Source: Pelagibacteraceae bacterium AG-426-M19
Lineage (GTDB): Bacteria; Pseudomonadota; Alphaproteobacteria; Pelagibacterales; Pelagibacteraceae
Length of the DNA stretch: 64,000 nucleotides
Assembly (NCBI GenBank): GCA_003210025.1
Contig: QCNW01000006.1
Span: 23,077 to 87,076, forward strand
Direction of reading: 5' to 3'
Made by a program: the position numbers and the translations under genes. This document shows positions 29,616 through 39,833 of this stretch, one piece after another (the stretch's first letter is position 1; the number at the start of each line of letters is the position of its first letter). The notes beneath the pieces were generated by a model. That model did not search any database. It was not told the DNA's origin and saw only the letters and a list, made by a program, of their open reading frames with translations.

Positions 29616-31050
29616 CCCTAAATTAAAAGAGGAGTGTGCCGTATTTGGTATAAGCAATACACCAGAGGCATCGACATTAACCGCTTTAGGACTTCATGCG
29701 TTACAGCATAGAGGACAAGAGGGTTGTGGAATTGTATCATTTGACGGGGAAAAATATCACTCTGAAAAAAGATTTGGTTTAGTTGGTGACAACTTTAATG
29801 ATGAAAAAGTTTTAAAAAACTTACCAGGAAATTATGCAATAGGTCACAATAGATATTCTACAACTGGCGGAACTGCTTTAAGGAATGTACAACCGTTCTT
29901 TGCTGATACTAATTCAGGTGGAATTGGAGTTGCGCACAATGGTAATCTTACAAATGCAATAACTCTTAGAAATAAAATGGTTGAAGAAGGATCAATTTTT
30001 TACACAACATCAGATACAGAAACGATAGTAAAACTTATAGCCAAATCAAAAAGACCCAAGACAATTGATAAAGTTATTGATGCTTTATTTCAAATTCAAG
30101 GGGGATATGCATTAGTTATGATGACACAAAATACTCTTATTGGGGTAAGAGATCCTTATGGAATTAGACCTCTAGTCATTGGAAAATTAAAAAACTCTTA
30201 TGTTTTTGCGTCTGAAACCTGTGCTTTTGATATTATTGGTGCAAAGTTTGTTAGAGATGTTGAAAATGGTGAAATTGTTTATGTAGAAAATGATGAATTA
30301 AAAAGTATTAAGCCATTTCCTCAAAAAAAAGTGAGACCATGTGTATTTGAATATATTTATTTTTCAAGACCAGATAGTATTTTAAATGGCAAAACAGCCT
30401 ACGAATATCGTAAAAGATTTGGAGCTGAATTAGCAAAAGAGGATAATTTAAATGCTGATTTGGTTGTGCCAGTACCAGATTCTGGTAATGCAGCTGCCTT
30501 GGGTTACGCTGAGGAAAAAAAAATAAATTTTGATTTAGGTTTAATAAGAAATCATTATGTTGGTCGAACTTTTATAGAGCCATCACAACAGATAAGAAGT
30601 TTAGGAGTTAAATTAAAATTAAATGCAAATGTTTCAGTTATAAAAAATAAAAAAATAATTTTAGTCGACGACTCTTTAGTTAGAGGGACTACTTCATCAA
30701 AGATTGTAAAAATGTTATATGATAATGGCGCTAAAGAAATACATGTGAGGATAGCTAGTCCAGAAATAAAATATCCAGATTTTTATGGAGTTGATACGCC
30801 TACTAAAAAAGAACTATTAGCAGCAAACAAATCAGTAGATGAAATAAAAGAATTTATAAAAGCAAAATCACTTAAATTTTTAACTTTAGATGGCTTATAT
30901 CGAGGAATGGGTTTTGATAAGAGAAATGATGCTTATCCACAATTAACTGATCATCATTTTACTGGCGATTATCCAGTAAAAATAATTGATGAACTTGGAG
31001 AGGATAAAGTTACACAATTATCATTGTTAAGTACAGGATCGAGTAATTGA
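29581..31050 (+). CDS. purF: Amidophosphoribosyltransferase
   Basis: EECAVFG, LQHRGQE, GHNRYST, VPDSG, LVDDSLVRGTT. Confidence 0.97.
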   Translation: MKTLKKKFKTYNPKLKEECAVFGISNTPEASTLTALGLHALQHRGQEGCGIVSFDGEKYHSEKRFGLVGDNFNDEKVLKNLPGNYAIGHNRYSTTGGTALRNVQPFFADTNSGGIGVAHNGNLTNAITLRNKMVEEGSIFYTTSDTETIVKLIAKSKRPKTIDKVIDALFQIQGGYALVMMTQNTLIGVRDPYGIRPLVIGKLKNSYVFASETCAFDIIGAKFVRDVENGEIVYVENDELKSIKPFPQKKVRPCVFEYIYFSRPDSILNGKTAYEYRKRFGAELAKEDNLNADLVVPVPDSGNAAALGYAEEKKINFDLGLIRNHYVGRTFIEPSQQIRSLGVKLKLNANVSVIKNKKIILVDDSLVRGTTSSKIVKMLYDNGAKEIHVRIASPEIKYPDFYGVDTPTKKELLAANKSVDEIKEFIKAKSLKFLTLDGLYRGMGFDKRNDAYPQLTDHHFTGDYPVKIIDELGEDKVTQLSLLSTGSSN

Positions 31051-31607
31051 TGAAAAAAGTAAATTTTACTGAAATGAAAAATGGTTCAAAAGAAGATTAT
31101 GAATTATTAGAAAAATATGAAAAAAATTTTGAACGTAAAACAGCAGATAGATTGCTTAAGTATCTTGCAAGTCAAACTACAACTCTTGAGGGTTATCAAA
31201 TAACTAGATTAGAACATTCTTTACAAGCAGCCACAAGAGCATACAAAAACGGAGAAAGTGAAGAGATGGTTGTAGCAACTTTACTTCATGACATAGGAGA
31301 CGACTTGGCGCCTATGAACCATTCTCAATATGCAGCTTCGATAATCAGACCATATGTTTCTGAGAAAACATATTGGATAATCCTTCATCATGGACTTTTT
31401 CAAACTTATTATAGTGCTCACCATTTAGGTGGGGATAGAAACGCAAGGGATAAATTTAAGGACCACAAATATTATCAAGATACTGTTGATTTTTGTGAAA
31501 AATATGACCAGTCTTCTTTTGATCCTAATTATAAATCGATGTCTTTAGAAGAATTTGAACCAATGGTTAAAAAAATATTTGATAGAACACCTTTTTATCA
31601 TCACTAA
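31050..31607 (+). CDS. HD-domain metalloprotein (PhnZ/TmpB-like ligand pattern)
   Basis: LEHSLQAA, LLHDIGD, NHSQY, LHHG, YDQSSFDP. Confidence 0.75.
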   Translation: MKKVNFTEMKNGSKEDYELLEKYEKNFERKTADRLLKYLASQTTTLEGYQITRLEHSLQAATRAYKNGESEEMVVATLLHDIGDDLAPMNHSQYAASIIRPYVSEKTYWIILHHGLFQTYYSAHHLGGDRNARDKFKDHKYYQDTVDFCEKYDQSSFDPNYKSMSLEEFEPMVKKIFDRTPFYHH

Positions 31608-31622
31608 TTTTTAAAATAAAAC

Positions 31623-33572
31623 ATGACTAATAAACTAAAGGAAGAGAAAAGTCCTTATTTAAAGCAACATAAAGATAATCCTGTAAATTGGTTAGCTTGG
31701 AATAAAGAAAGTTTAGAACAGGCGAAAAAAGAAAAAAAACCAATATTTCTTAGTGTTGGATATGCGAGTTGTCATTGGTGCCATGTGATGGCTCATGAAA
31801 GTTTTGAAGATGATGAAACAGCTAAAATAATGAATGAGAAATTTATAAATATTAAAGTTGATAGAGAAGAAAGACCTGATTTAGATTATGTTTTTCAAAG
31901 AAGTTTATCTATTCTAACAGGAACTCAAGGGGGCTGGCCTTTATCAATGTTTCTTGATGAAAATGGAGTTCCTTTCACTGGTGGAACTTATTTCCCACCA
32001 AAGGAAATGCATGGAAGACCAGATTTTCAAAAAGTTCTAAATAATGTTTCTGACGTATATAATAAGAATAGACAAAAAATTCTTGATCAAGCGCCCCAAA
32101 TGCAGGAAATATTTGGTAAAATTAATCAAAGATCAGCAGTATTAAATCAACCATTAGAGCCATTTTTAGAAAAAATTATACAACACCTCGATAAAGATAA
32201 TGGAAGTTTCAAAGGAGCTCCTAAGTTTCCCCAATTTTATTTATTTGATGCAATGTTTTATTTTTATTTAAAAACAGGAAAAGAAGAATACTTTAAACCT
32301 GTTGAAACTTTACTTCACAATATTTCTTCAAAAGGAATGTATGATCATCTAGCTGGAGGTATAGCAAGATATACTGTCGATGAAAATTGGATAGTCCCCC
32401 ACTTCGAAAAAATGCTTTATGACAATATTCAATATATAGGATTGTTAAATAAGTTCTTTCAAAAAACTAATAATCTTTATTATAAAGGAAAGTTAGAGCA
32501 AACCATAAATTTTATAAATTCAGAATTTAAAAATGATTTTGATCTTTATGGGTCTGCATATGATGCCGATAGCGATGGTGTTGAAGGAAAATATTATGTA
32601 TGGAATTATACAGAACTAAAAAATACTCTGGGTTCTAAATTTAATTTATTTGCAAAAAAATATAATTTAACTGAGGAGGGAAATTTTGAAGGTAATAATA
32701 TTTTAATAGAAACTCATAGTAAAATTTCCGATGATGAGATTAAAGAAATCTTAATTATAGAAAAAGCATTATTAGATCAAAGAAACAAACGTGCTAAACC
32801 ATTATTTGATGATAAATCTCAAACTGATCAAAATTGTTTTTTATTAGAAACACTTCTTCTTTCATCGCTAGTAACTGATAATGAAGAACTTAAACAAAAT
32901 ACTCTTGTTAGTATAAAGATACTAGAAAAATATTTATCAGACAAAATTTTCCATTGCTATCAAGACACAGAGATTGACGCTTTTTTGGAAGATTACGTAT
33001 ACTATGCTAGTCTTTTAATAACTATTTATGAATTAGATGGTGACGTTAAATACATCGAAAAAGCAAAAGATATTTTAATAAAAACCTGGGAATACTTCTT
33101 TGATAAAAAATCAGGCTTAATGCAGAAAAATAAAATATTAGACAATGATCTATTTGTACAACCAGTAGATCTAAATGATAATAATATACCAAATGGAAAT
33201 AGCGTATATTTAAACTTATGTAATAAAATATATATTATAACTAGCGATAAAATATGGTTTGAAAAAATTGATATTTTAAAAAAAAGTTTCCACCAAGTTT
33301 TAAACTCAAACTTTGCACAAATGTTTAGTTTTGTAAAATCTTTGGATATTTGTAATGAAAGCATATCTTTTACAATTCATGGAAAGCAAAATTTAGATCC
33401 TAATATAAAAAAGTATTTGCAAAAAAAATTTTTTACTAGAGCTACATTTATATATCTAGATAATGAAGTAAAAGAGGCAAAAATTGTTATATGTAAAAAT
33501 CAAACTTGCTCTAACAAATTAAGTAATATAAAGGAAATTGAAGATTATCTAAAAAGAAACAATATAAGCTAA
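31623..33572 (+). CDS. Thioredoxin-domain protein, YyaL/DUF255 family
   Basis: EKSPYLKQHKDNPVNW, CHWCHVMAHESF, VDREERPD, GGWPL, PHFEKMLYDN. Confidence 0.92.
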   Translation: MTNKLKEEKSPYLKQHKDNPVNWLAWNKESLEQAKKEKKPIFLSVGYASCHWCHVMAHESFEDDETAKIMNEKFINIKVDREERPDLDYVFQRSLSILTGTQGGWPLSMFLDENGVPFTGGTYFPPKEMHGRPDFQKVLNNVSDVYNKNRQKILDQAPQMQEIFGKINQRSAVLNQPLEPFLEKIIQHLDKDNGSFKGAPKFPQFYLFDAMFYFYLKTGKEEYFKPVETLLHNISSKGMYDHLAGGIARYTVDENWIVPHFEKMLYDNIQYIGLLNKFFQKTNNLYYKGKLEQTINFINSEFKNDFDLYGSAYDADSDGVEGKYYVWNYTELKNTLGSKFNLFAKKYNLTEEGNFEGNNILIETHSKISDDEIKEILIIEKALLDQRNKRAKPLFDDKSQTDQNCFLLETLLLSSLVTDNEELKQNTLVSIKILEKYLSDKIFHCYQDTEIDAFLEDYVYYASLLITIYELDGDVKYIEKAKDILIKTWEYFFDKKSGLMQKNKILDNDLFVQPVDLNDNNIPNGNSVYLNLCNKIYIITSDKIWFEKIDILKKSFHQVLNSNFAQMFSFVKSLDICNESISFTIHGKQNLDPNIKKYLQKKFFTRATFIYLDNEVKEAKIVICKNQTCSNKLSNIKEIEDYLKRNNIS

Positions 33573-34867
33573 TGATAGAAACAAAGGAACAAATAATAGA
33601 ACATTTTAAGTCAGGCTCAAAGGATAAATCTAATTTAAAGATTGGAGTTGAGCATGAAAAATTTATTTTTGATAAAAAAACAAATACGAGAATTGATTAT
33701 CCCAAAATCAAGAAAATGTTTGAAAATTTATATGAGTTTGGCTGGAAACCTATTTTTGAGGAAAAAAATCCAATAGCGTTAACTAAGAATGGTAAAAGTA
33801 TTACTTTAGAGCCCGGTAATCAAATAGAGTTATCTGGTGCAAAATTAAATAATATTCATGAAGCTTGTGCTGAATCTCATGAATATTTATTTGAATTAAA
33901 TCAGGTAATTGAAAAATTAGATTTTAAAATAGTAAGTGCTGGATATGATCCTATATCTAAATTTGAGGATATACCTAATAATCCAAAAAAAAGGTATGAG
34001 GTTATGACCAAAGATATGCCTGTTGGAGGAAAACTAAGTTTGGATATGATGTATAAAACTGCAGGTACGCAATTAAATTTAGATTATACCTCAGAAGAAG
34101 ATTTTATAAAAAAATTTAAGTTGGCAAATAATTTAGTTCCAATATCTATCGGACTTTTTGCAAATTCCTCTATAGTTGAAAAAAGTAATAGTGGATACTT
34201 ATCTTACAGATCTAAAGTTTGGCAAGAAACATCTAGAGGTGGATTGCCTGAGTTTTTTTTAAAAGATCTAAATTTTGAAAAATATGCAGATTATATTATG
34301 AATTATCCAATCTTATTTTTACAAAGTGAAGGTAATTATATATCTGGAAAAAAATATTTATTTAAAAACTTTATGAATGGAGAAATTAAAGAAATTGGAA
34401 ATAAAATTCCTGGTACTAATGATCTTGATACACATTTAGGAACAATATTTACAGAGAACAGATTAAAACAATATATCGAATTAAGATCAATGGATGCGTG
34501 CGGATGGGAGTGTTTATGTGCTGGTCCCGCTCTCTTTACAGGATTACTTTATGGAAATCTGGAAGAAGCTTTAGATTTAATTAAAAATTGGGAAGCTAAT
34601 GAAGTTCTTTCAGCTTATAAAAATGCCCCTAAAAATGGATTAAAAACTAATTTGATGGGCAAGGATATTTCGTATTGGGCAGAGAGATTATTAGACATAT
34701 CAAAATCAGGATTAAAAAAGAGAGACTTTTTAAATAGAAAAAAATTAAGTGAAGCAAAGTTTTTAGATCACTTAGAAAAAATTGTAAAAAATAAAAAAAC
34801 AAATGCTGATAATATAATAAGTAAGTATTCAAATTCCGAAAATTTGAATGATTTATATGACCAATAA
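33572..34867 (+). CDS. gshA: Glutamate--cysteine ligase (GCS2/plant-like)
   Basis: IGVEHEKF, TLEPGNQIELSG, QLNLDY, YIELRSMD; upstream of gshB. Confidence 0.9.
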   Translation: MIETKEQIIEHFKSGSKDKSNLKIGVEHEKFIFDKKTNTRIDYPKIKKMFENLYEFGWKPIFEEKNPIALTKNGKSITLEPGNQIELSGAKLNNIHEACAESHEYLFELNQVIEKLDFKIVSAGYDPISKFEDIPNNPKKRYEVMTKDMPVGGKLSLDMMYKTAGTQLNLDYTSEEDFIKKFKLANNLVPISIGLFANSSIVEKSNSGYLSYRSKVWQETSRGGLPEFFLKDLNFEKYADYIMNYPILFLQSEGNYISGKKYLFKNFMNGEIKEIGNKIPGTNDLDTHLGTIFTENRLKQYIELRSMDACGWECLCAGPALFTGLLYGNLEEALDLIKNWEANEVLSAYKNAPKNGLKTNLMGKDISYWAERLLDISKSGLKKRDFLNRKKLSEAKFLDHLEKIVKNKKTNADNIISKYSNSENLNDLYDQ

Positions 34868-35780
34868 AATTGTTGCTATACAAGGTGATAATTTAAAAAA
34901 AATAAATATCAAAACAGATACTACTATTTTTTTAGCTCATGAAGCTCAAAACAAGGGTTATAAATTATTTTATTATTATCCAGAAAATTTATCCAATATA
35001 AGAGGAAAAACTGTAAGTGAAGGATATTTTATTAAAATTGATTATTCAAAAAAGAAATTTTATAAAATTATAAAAAAATCAAAATTAGACTTATCCTTTA
35101 CAAAATATATTTTAATCAGACAGGATCCACCTTTTAACTTGGAATATATTTCTACAACATTAATGTTAGATAGAATCAAAGATAAAACAAAAATTATTAA
35201 TGATCCTACTTCAGTAAGAAATATTTCAGAAAAATTTTATTCTTTAAATTTTAAAAATTATATGACGGATACAATATTTACTAAAGATTTGATTGAAATT
35301 AGAAAATTTTTCAAAAAACATAAAAAGATAATAATTAAACCTATTCATAGCTATGGTGGCAATGATATAAATCTTATTTCAGGGAAGCTTAATTTGCTTA
35401 AAATAAAACAAATATTGAAAAAACACGGTCACATTATGTGTCAAAAATTTTTAAATAAAATTAAGTTTGGAGATAAAAGAGTTTTTATTATAAATGGTAA
35501 GGTTTGTGGAGCCATATCTAGAGTTCCAAAATCAGGATCAATATTGAGTAATATGAGCAAAGGTGCAAAACCAAAAATTGCATTTTTAAGCAATAAAGAA
35601 CTGAAAGTTTCAAATATAATAGCAAAAAAAATTAAGAAAGACGGAATTTACTTTGCAGGAATAGACTTTATTGATGGAAAATTAAATGGAGATATAAATG
35701 TAACATCACCAACAGGTATAAAAACATATTTTGATTTATCTAAGATAAACTTGGCTAAGACTTTTTGGAAAGGTTTGTAG
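34857..35780 (+). CDS. gshB: Glutathione synthetase
   Basis: DTTIFL, LIRQDPPFNLEY, GDKRV, AGIDFI, INVTSPTG. Confidence 0.92.
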   Translation: MTNKIVAIQGDNLKKINIKTDTTIFLAHEAQNKGYKLFYYYPENLSNIRGKTVSEGYFIKIDYSKKKFYKIIKKSKLDLSFTKYILIRQDPPFNLEYISTTLMLDRIKDKTKIINDPTSVRNISEKFYSLNFKNYMTDTIFTKDLIEIRKFFKKHKKIIIKPIHSYGGNDINLISGKLNLLKIKQILKKHGHIMCQKFLNKIKFGDKRVFIINGKVCGAISRVPKSGSILSNMSKGAKPKIAFLSNKELKVSNIIAKKIKKDGIYFAGIDFIDGKLNGDINVTSPTGIKTYFDLSKINLAKTFWKGL

Positions 35781-36647
35781 TTGAAAAACTTGTCAAATCA
35801 GCAAAAAGGATCATCTCTTGCATTCATAGCTGTGATGTTTATCACACCAGATTCACTTTTTATAAGACTATCATCTATAGATACCTGGGGATTATTATTT
35901 TATAGAGGTGCGATACCATTTGTAGCTGTATTAATTGGACTTCTCATATTTTATAAAAAAAATTTTATTAAAGCATTTTTGAATGTTGGTTATGCTGGTA
36001 TTTTTTACATTATAAGTTTTTCAATTTGTAACATCACATTTATAATTTCAATCCAGAATACAAATGTTGCAAATACACTAATAATGATTGCAATGGCACC
36101 CATGCTTTCGGCAATCCTTGGTGCAATATTTTTAAAAGAGATTCCCGATAAGAAGACTTGGATAGCAATAGCCATTACTTTAGTAGCTGTAGTATATATA
36201 TTTTACGACTCTCTAGAGATGGGTAACTTATTTGGTGATCTTATGGGTATAACAACAGCTTTTGGACTCGCCACCAACGCAGTAATAATCAGGTCGGCAA
36301 AAGATAGAGATTTGCTACCTTCAGCTGTTGTTGGTAAGCTTACAGTAGCTCTATTTGCTCTCTTTTTCGCAGAAAGTTATGAGTTAGTTGAAAAAGACCT
36401 AATTTATATACCTTTAATGTGTATTTTGTGTGTGGCAATTCCATTCGTTTTGGTGACGATTGCTCCAAGATTTATACCTGCCGAGGAAGTTAATCTGTTT
36501 TTTCTTCTTGAGACCATTTTAGGACCCATTTGGGTTTGGTTAGTTATCAAAGAACAGCCTAGTCTAGAGACAATAGTAGGTGGACTTGTAATTATATTCA
36601 CTATAGCTGTTCACTCTTATCTAAAATTAAAATCTTCTTCTAAGTAA
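35781..36647 (+). CDS. DMT/EamA-family transporter
   Basis: 10 TM segments; LFYRG, ANTL, LLETILGPIWVWL..E.P. Confidence 0.88.
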   Translation: MKNLSNQQKGSSLAFIAVMFITPDSLFIRLSSIDTWGLLFYRGAIPFVAVLIGLLIFYKKNFIKAFLNVGYAGIFYIISFSICNITFIISIQNTNVANTLIMIAMAPMLSAILGAIFLKEIPDKKTWIAIAITLVAVVYIFYDSLEMGNLFGDLMGITTAFGLATNAVIIRSAKDRDLLPSAVVGKLTVALFALFFAESYELVEKDLIYIPLMCILCVAIPFVLVTIAPRFIPAEEVNLFFLLETILGPIWVWLVIKEQPSLETIVGGLVIIFTIAVHSYLKLKSSSK

Positions 36648-36716
36648 ATTATTTTTCTTTTTGTCACAAATTTGTCTTGATTTAAAATTAGATCGCCCAT
36701 AAACACCGCTAATTTT

Positions 36717-38009
36717 ATGAACAAAATTATAAAAAATTCTTGGGCTCTCTTTATGGGTATGGCATTTATAATGCTCGCTCATGGTTTTCAAGGTACTCTA
36801 TTAGGTGTTAGAGCAGTAAAAGAAAATTTTGGTCTATCATCGACAGGTTTTTTATTTTCTGGATATTTTGTTGGATATTTTATTGGAGCAAAAATTATAC
36901 AATCATTGATTCATAGAGTTGGACATATTAGGGTATTTGCAGCTTTTGCTTCTGTAACTTCAATTGTAATCTTATTACACTCAATTTTTGTAAATCCTTT
37001 TTCCTGGTTTGTGCTTAGAATGATTTCTGGATTTAGTATGGTTTGTCTTTATACGATTGCTGAAAGCTGGTTAAACGATAGATCTACAAATAAAAACAGA
37101 GGTAGTGTTTTATCAATCTACATGATTGTTATGTATGCCTCTATGGCAATTGGAATGTTTTTCATAAACTTTAGTAAACCAGAAAACTTTCAACCTTTTA
37201 TACTGATATCTTTATTTATGTCTTTGTCGCTTGTTCCAATATTATTAACAAAAAGAAAAGCTCCAAACTTTAAAAAAATAGTAGGTATGAAGCTAAAGGA
37301 AGTTTATAAATCATCACCATTTGGTGTTGTAAGTTCGTTTTTAATTGGAATATCGCATTCAGCTGTTTTCTCGTTGATTGCGGTTTATGCTACATCGATG
37401 AATTTTAGTATTTTAGAAGTTTCAATAGTAACATTTTTATTTGCTATATCTGGAGCTATATCTCAATGGCCAATTGGAAAATTATCAGATGTTTTAGATA
37501 GAAGAATTGTAATTATATATACGACATTTGGAGCAGCTTTATTTTGTTTTTTAGCGATTATTTCTTCGGGTCAAATGTATATGCCTGCAGGTTTAGCTAC
37601 ATCAAAATTATTTTTTTATATTTGCATAATGTGTTTTTCTTTTTGTAGTCTGCCAATGTTTGCATTAATTTTTGCACATACAAATGATTTTATACCAAAA
37701 GAAAAATTTGTAGCAGCGGGAGCAGGATTACAATTTGTTTTTGGTCTTGGTGCAATTTGTGGCCCTTTTATGTGCTCATTATTTATGGAATTTTTAGGAG
37801 AAAATGGTTTTTTTATTTTTTTAATTATATTTCATTCATTCATTGGTTTGTTTGGAATATATAGAATGCAAATTAGAGAGTCTGGAGATAATCCAGATTC
37901 ACAATTTGCACCTATGCCTCAAACGATTACTCCAGCCGGTATAGAACTTAATCCTTCGACCGAACCAATAGATGAACCAAATAATTTGAACGAATTTAAG
38001 AAAATTTAG
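36717..38009 (+). CDS. MFS transporter (YcaD-like)
   Basis: 12 TM; RVGHIRVFAAF, ESWLN, NRGSVL, QWPIGKLSDVLDRR. Confidence 0.88.
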   Translation: MNKIIKNSWALFMGMAFIMLAHGFQGTLLGVRAVKENFGLSSTGFLFSGYFVGYFIGAKIIQSLIHRVGHIRVFAAFASVTSIVILLHSIFVNPFSWFVLRMISGFSMVCLYTIAESWLNDRSTNKNRGSVLSIYMIVMYASMAIGMFFINFSKPENFQPFILISLFMSLSLVPILLTKRKAPNFKKIVGMKLKEVYKSSPFGVVSSFLIGISHSAVFSLIAVYATSMNFSILEVSIVTFLFAISGAISQWPIGKLSDVLDRRIVIIYTTFGAALFCFLAIISSGQMYMPAGLATSKLFFYICIMCFSFCSLPMFALIFAHTNDFIPKEKFVAAGAGLQFVFGLGAICGPFMCSLFMEFLGENGFFIFLIIFHSFIGLFGIYRMQIRESGDNPDSQFAPMPQTITPAGIELNPSTEPIDEPNNLNEFKKI

Positions 38010-38024
38010 TGTAAGTTTAAAATT

Positions 38025-38681
38025 ATGAAAACAGCATTAATATTCGGTTCAACTGGATTAATTGGTGAAATATTACTTAAATTGTTAGCCAGTGATCAAA
38101 AATATAAAAAAATCAAAGTTTTTGTAAGATCTTCTACTTCAAAAATTGATCCCAAAATAGAAGTTATTCAAACAGATTTTACGAAATTAGAAAATATTAA
38201 GTCAGAAATAAAAGGTGATGATTGTTTTTTTTGTATTGGAACTACAAGAAAAAAAACACCCAACAAACAAGATTATATAAACACCGAGTACAATTTACCT
38301 GTAAAAATTGGAAAAATTTGTAGCGATAATAATGTACAAAATTTTACTTATATTTCTTCATTGGGTGCCAGTTCAAAAAAAACAAATTTGTATTTAAAAA
38401 ATAAAGGTATGGCTGAAGAAGAATTAAGAAAACTAAACTTTAAAAAATTTATTGTAATTAGACCTTCATTTTTAATTGGAAAAAGAATAGAGGAAAGATT
38501 GGGAGAAAAAATAGGTATTTTCGCCATGAAATGTATATCGCCAATTTTAGTTGGAGATTTAAAAAAATATAAATCGATAAATGCAGAAATAGTTGCCAAA
38601 TCCATGATAAATATATCAAACAGTGAAATACAAAGTGGAGTATTTGAACCACCACAATTATTACAAATTGGAAGAGAATAA
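38025..38681 (+). CDS. NAD(P)-binding Rossmann protein (YraR/TIP30-like)
   Basis: ALIFGSTGLIG, FCIGTT, SSLGAS, YLKNKG, IRPSFLIG. Confidence 0.8.
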   Translation: MKTALIFGSTGLIGEILLKLLASDQKYKKIKVFVRSSTSKIDPKIEVIQTDFTKLENIKSEIKGDDCFFCIGTTRKKTPNKQDYINTEYNLPVKIGKICSDNNVQNFTYISSLGASSKKTNLYLKNKGMAEEELRKLNFKKFIVIRPSFLIGKRIEERLGEKIGIFAMKCISPILVGDLKKYKSINAEIVAKSMINISNSEIQSGVFEPPQLLQIGRE

Positions 38682-38704
38682 ATTTTTTATAAATCAATAA
38701 AATA

Positions 38705-38748
38705 TTAAAAAAAATTATTTTAAGTGCTATAATACATTTAAAGGAGGT
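38705..38748 (+). promoter_or_regulatory. Extended -10 promoter and consensus SD of the GYD gene
   Basis: TTAAAA (38705-38710), 17 bp, TATAAT within TGCTATAAT (38725-38733); AAGGAGGT at 38741-38748, ATG at 38753. Confidence 0.7.
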
Positions 38749-38752
38749 ATCT

Positions 38753-39076
38753 ATGGCTAAATTTTTTTTAATGGGAAATTTTACAGAGAAAGCATTCGCA
38801 GGCTTTTTAAAAGATCCTGGATCAGATAGATCTGAGGTTGCTAGAAAGTGTTCTGAAAGTGTTGGCGCTGAAATGAAATCGTACACATATTTAAGAGGAC
38901 CCTATGACTTTATAGTTGAAACCCATGGCACATTTGAACAAATGGCTGCTATAAAAATGGCTACTGAGGGAAGTGGTGCACTTAAAAATATCGCTATTTG
39001 TGAGGAAACACCAATGAATGAAATTGCAAATCATGCAACAAAAGTATCAAGTGGCTATAAAGTGCCTGGACAATAA
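38753..39076 (+). CDS. GYD-domain protein
   Basis: FFLMGNFTE, R, GAEMKSYTYLRGPYDFIV (GPYD motif), TEGSG. Confidence 0.8.
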   Translation: MAKFFLMGNFTEKAFAGFLKDPGSDRSEVARKCSESVGAEMKSYTYLRGPYDFIVETHGTFEQMAAIKMATEGSGALKNIAICEETPMNEIANHATKVSSGYKVPGQ

Positions 39077-39082
39077 TCTTAC

Positions 39083-39115
39083 TGGTAGCTTCATTAATTA
39101 TGGAGCTACCAATTT
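39083..39115 (+). terminator. Terminator-like hairpin after the GYD gene
   Basis: Stem TGGTAGCTTCAT / ATGGAGCTACCA (12 bp, one G-U), 5-nt loop, weak ATTT tail. Confidence 0.65.
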
Positions 39116-39176
39116 AAAATCTAAGCTGTCAAAATATCTCATTCAAATAAAAAAATATTGATCTATTAAGAAAGTT

Positions 39177-39635
39177 ATGAACAAGAGAAAATTTTTAAAA
39201 CTATCTATATTTGGATCATTACTATACAGTATTTTTCCATACAAAATTTCATTAGCTGAAACCAAAAAAATAATTAATCAAAATTTAACAGAAGCCCAAA
39301 AAAAAATAATGTTTGAGGAAGCAACCGAACGACCATTCTCAAGCCCTCTTAATTACGAGAAAAGAGAAGGTTTTTATCACTGTGCAAATTGTGGAGCTAA
39401 ACTATTTAAGTCTAGCTCAAAATTTGATAGTGGAACAGGTTGGCCATCATTTACAGAGGCGCTTCCTGGAGCTTTTAAAACTAAGGTTGATTACAGCTTT
39501 GGCATGAAAAGAATTGAATACCATTGTGCAAAATGTGGTGCTCATCACGGACATGTCTTTGAAGACGGTCCTGGATCGACAGGAAAGAGATATTGTAATA
39601 ACGGCTTGTGTTTAATATTTAAGCCATCATCATAA
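39177..39635 (+). CDS. msrB: Methionine-R-sulfoxide reductase with export signal
   Basis: TERPFS, CANC and CAKC Zn ligands, KFDSGTGWPSF, HHGHVFEDGP, RYCNNG; Tat-like leader MNKRKFLK. Confidence 0.95.
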   Translation: MNKRKFLKLSIFGSLLYSIFPYKISLAETKKIINQNLTEAQKKIMFEEATERPFSSPLNYEKREGFYHCANCGAKLFKSSSKFDSGTGWPSFTEALPGAFKTKVDYSFGMKRIEYHCAKCGAHHGHVFEDGPGSTGKRYCNNGLCLIFKPSS

Positions 39636-39647
39636 AACGGAGGAATA

Positions 39648-39833
39648 ATGAAGATATTGAGTATATTGAAAGGTGTTGAATTAGTTATAGCAGATTTAGA
39701 AGTAAATTTGGGAGAACAGGTGAGAAGTGCACCTACGTTATGCGCAAGATACAATGGTAAAATTATACCTTTAAACACTGCTCAAGATGGTCGACCTATT
39801 CTTATGAGAGAAGAAAACGCTTTAGAAAACTAA
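39648..39833 (+). CDS. 61-aa hypothetical protein
   Basis: GGAGG SD just upstream; co-oriented between msrB and sodB; normal codon usage. Confidence 0.7.
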   Translation: MKILSILKGVELVIADLEVNLGEQVRSAPTLCARYNGKIIPLNTAQDGRPILMREENALEN

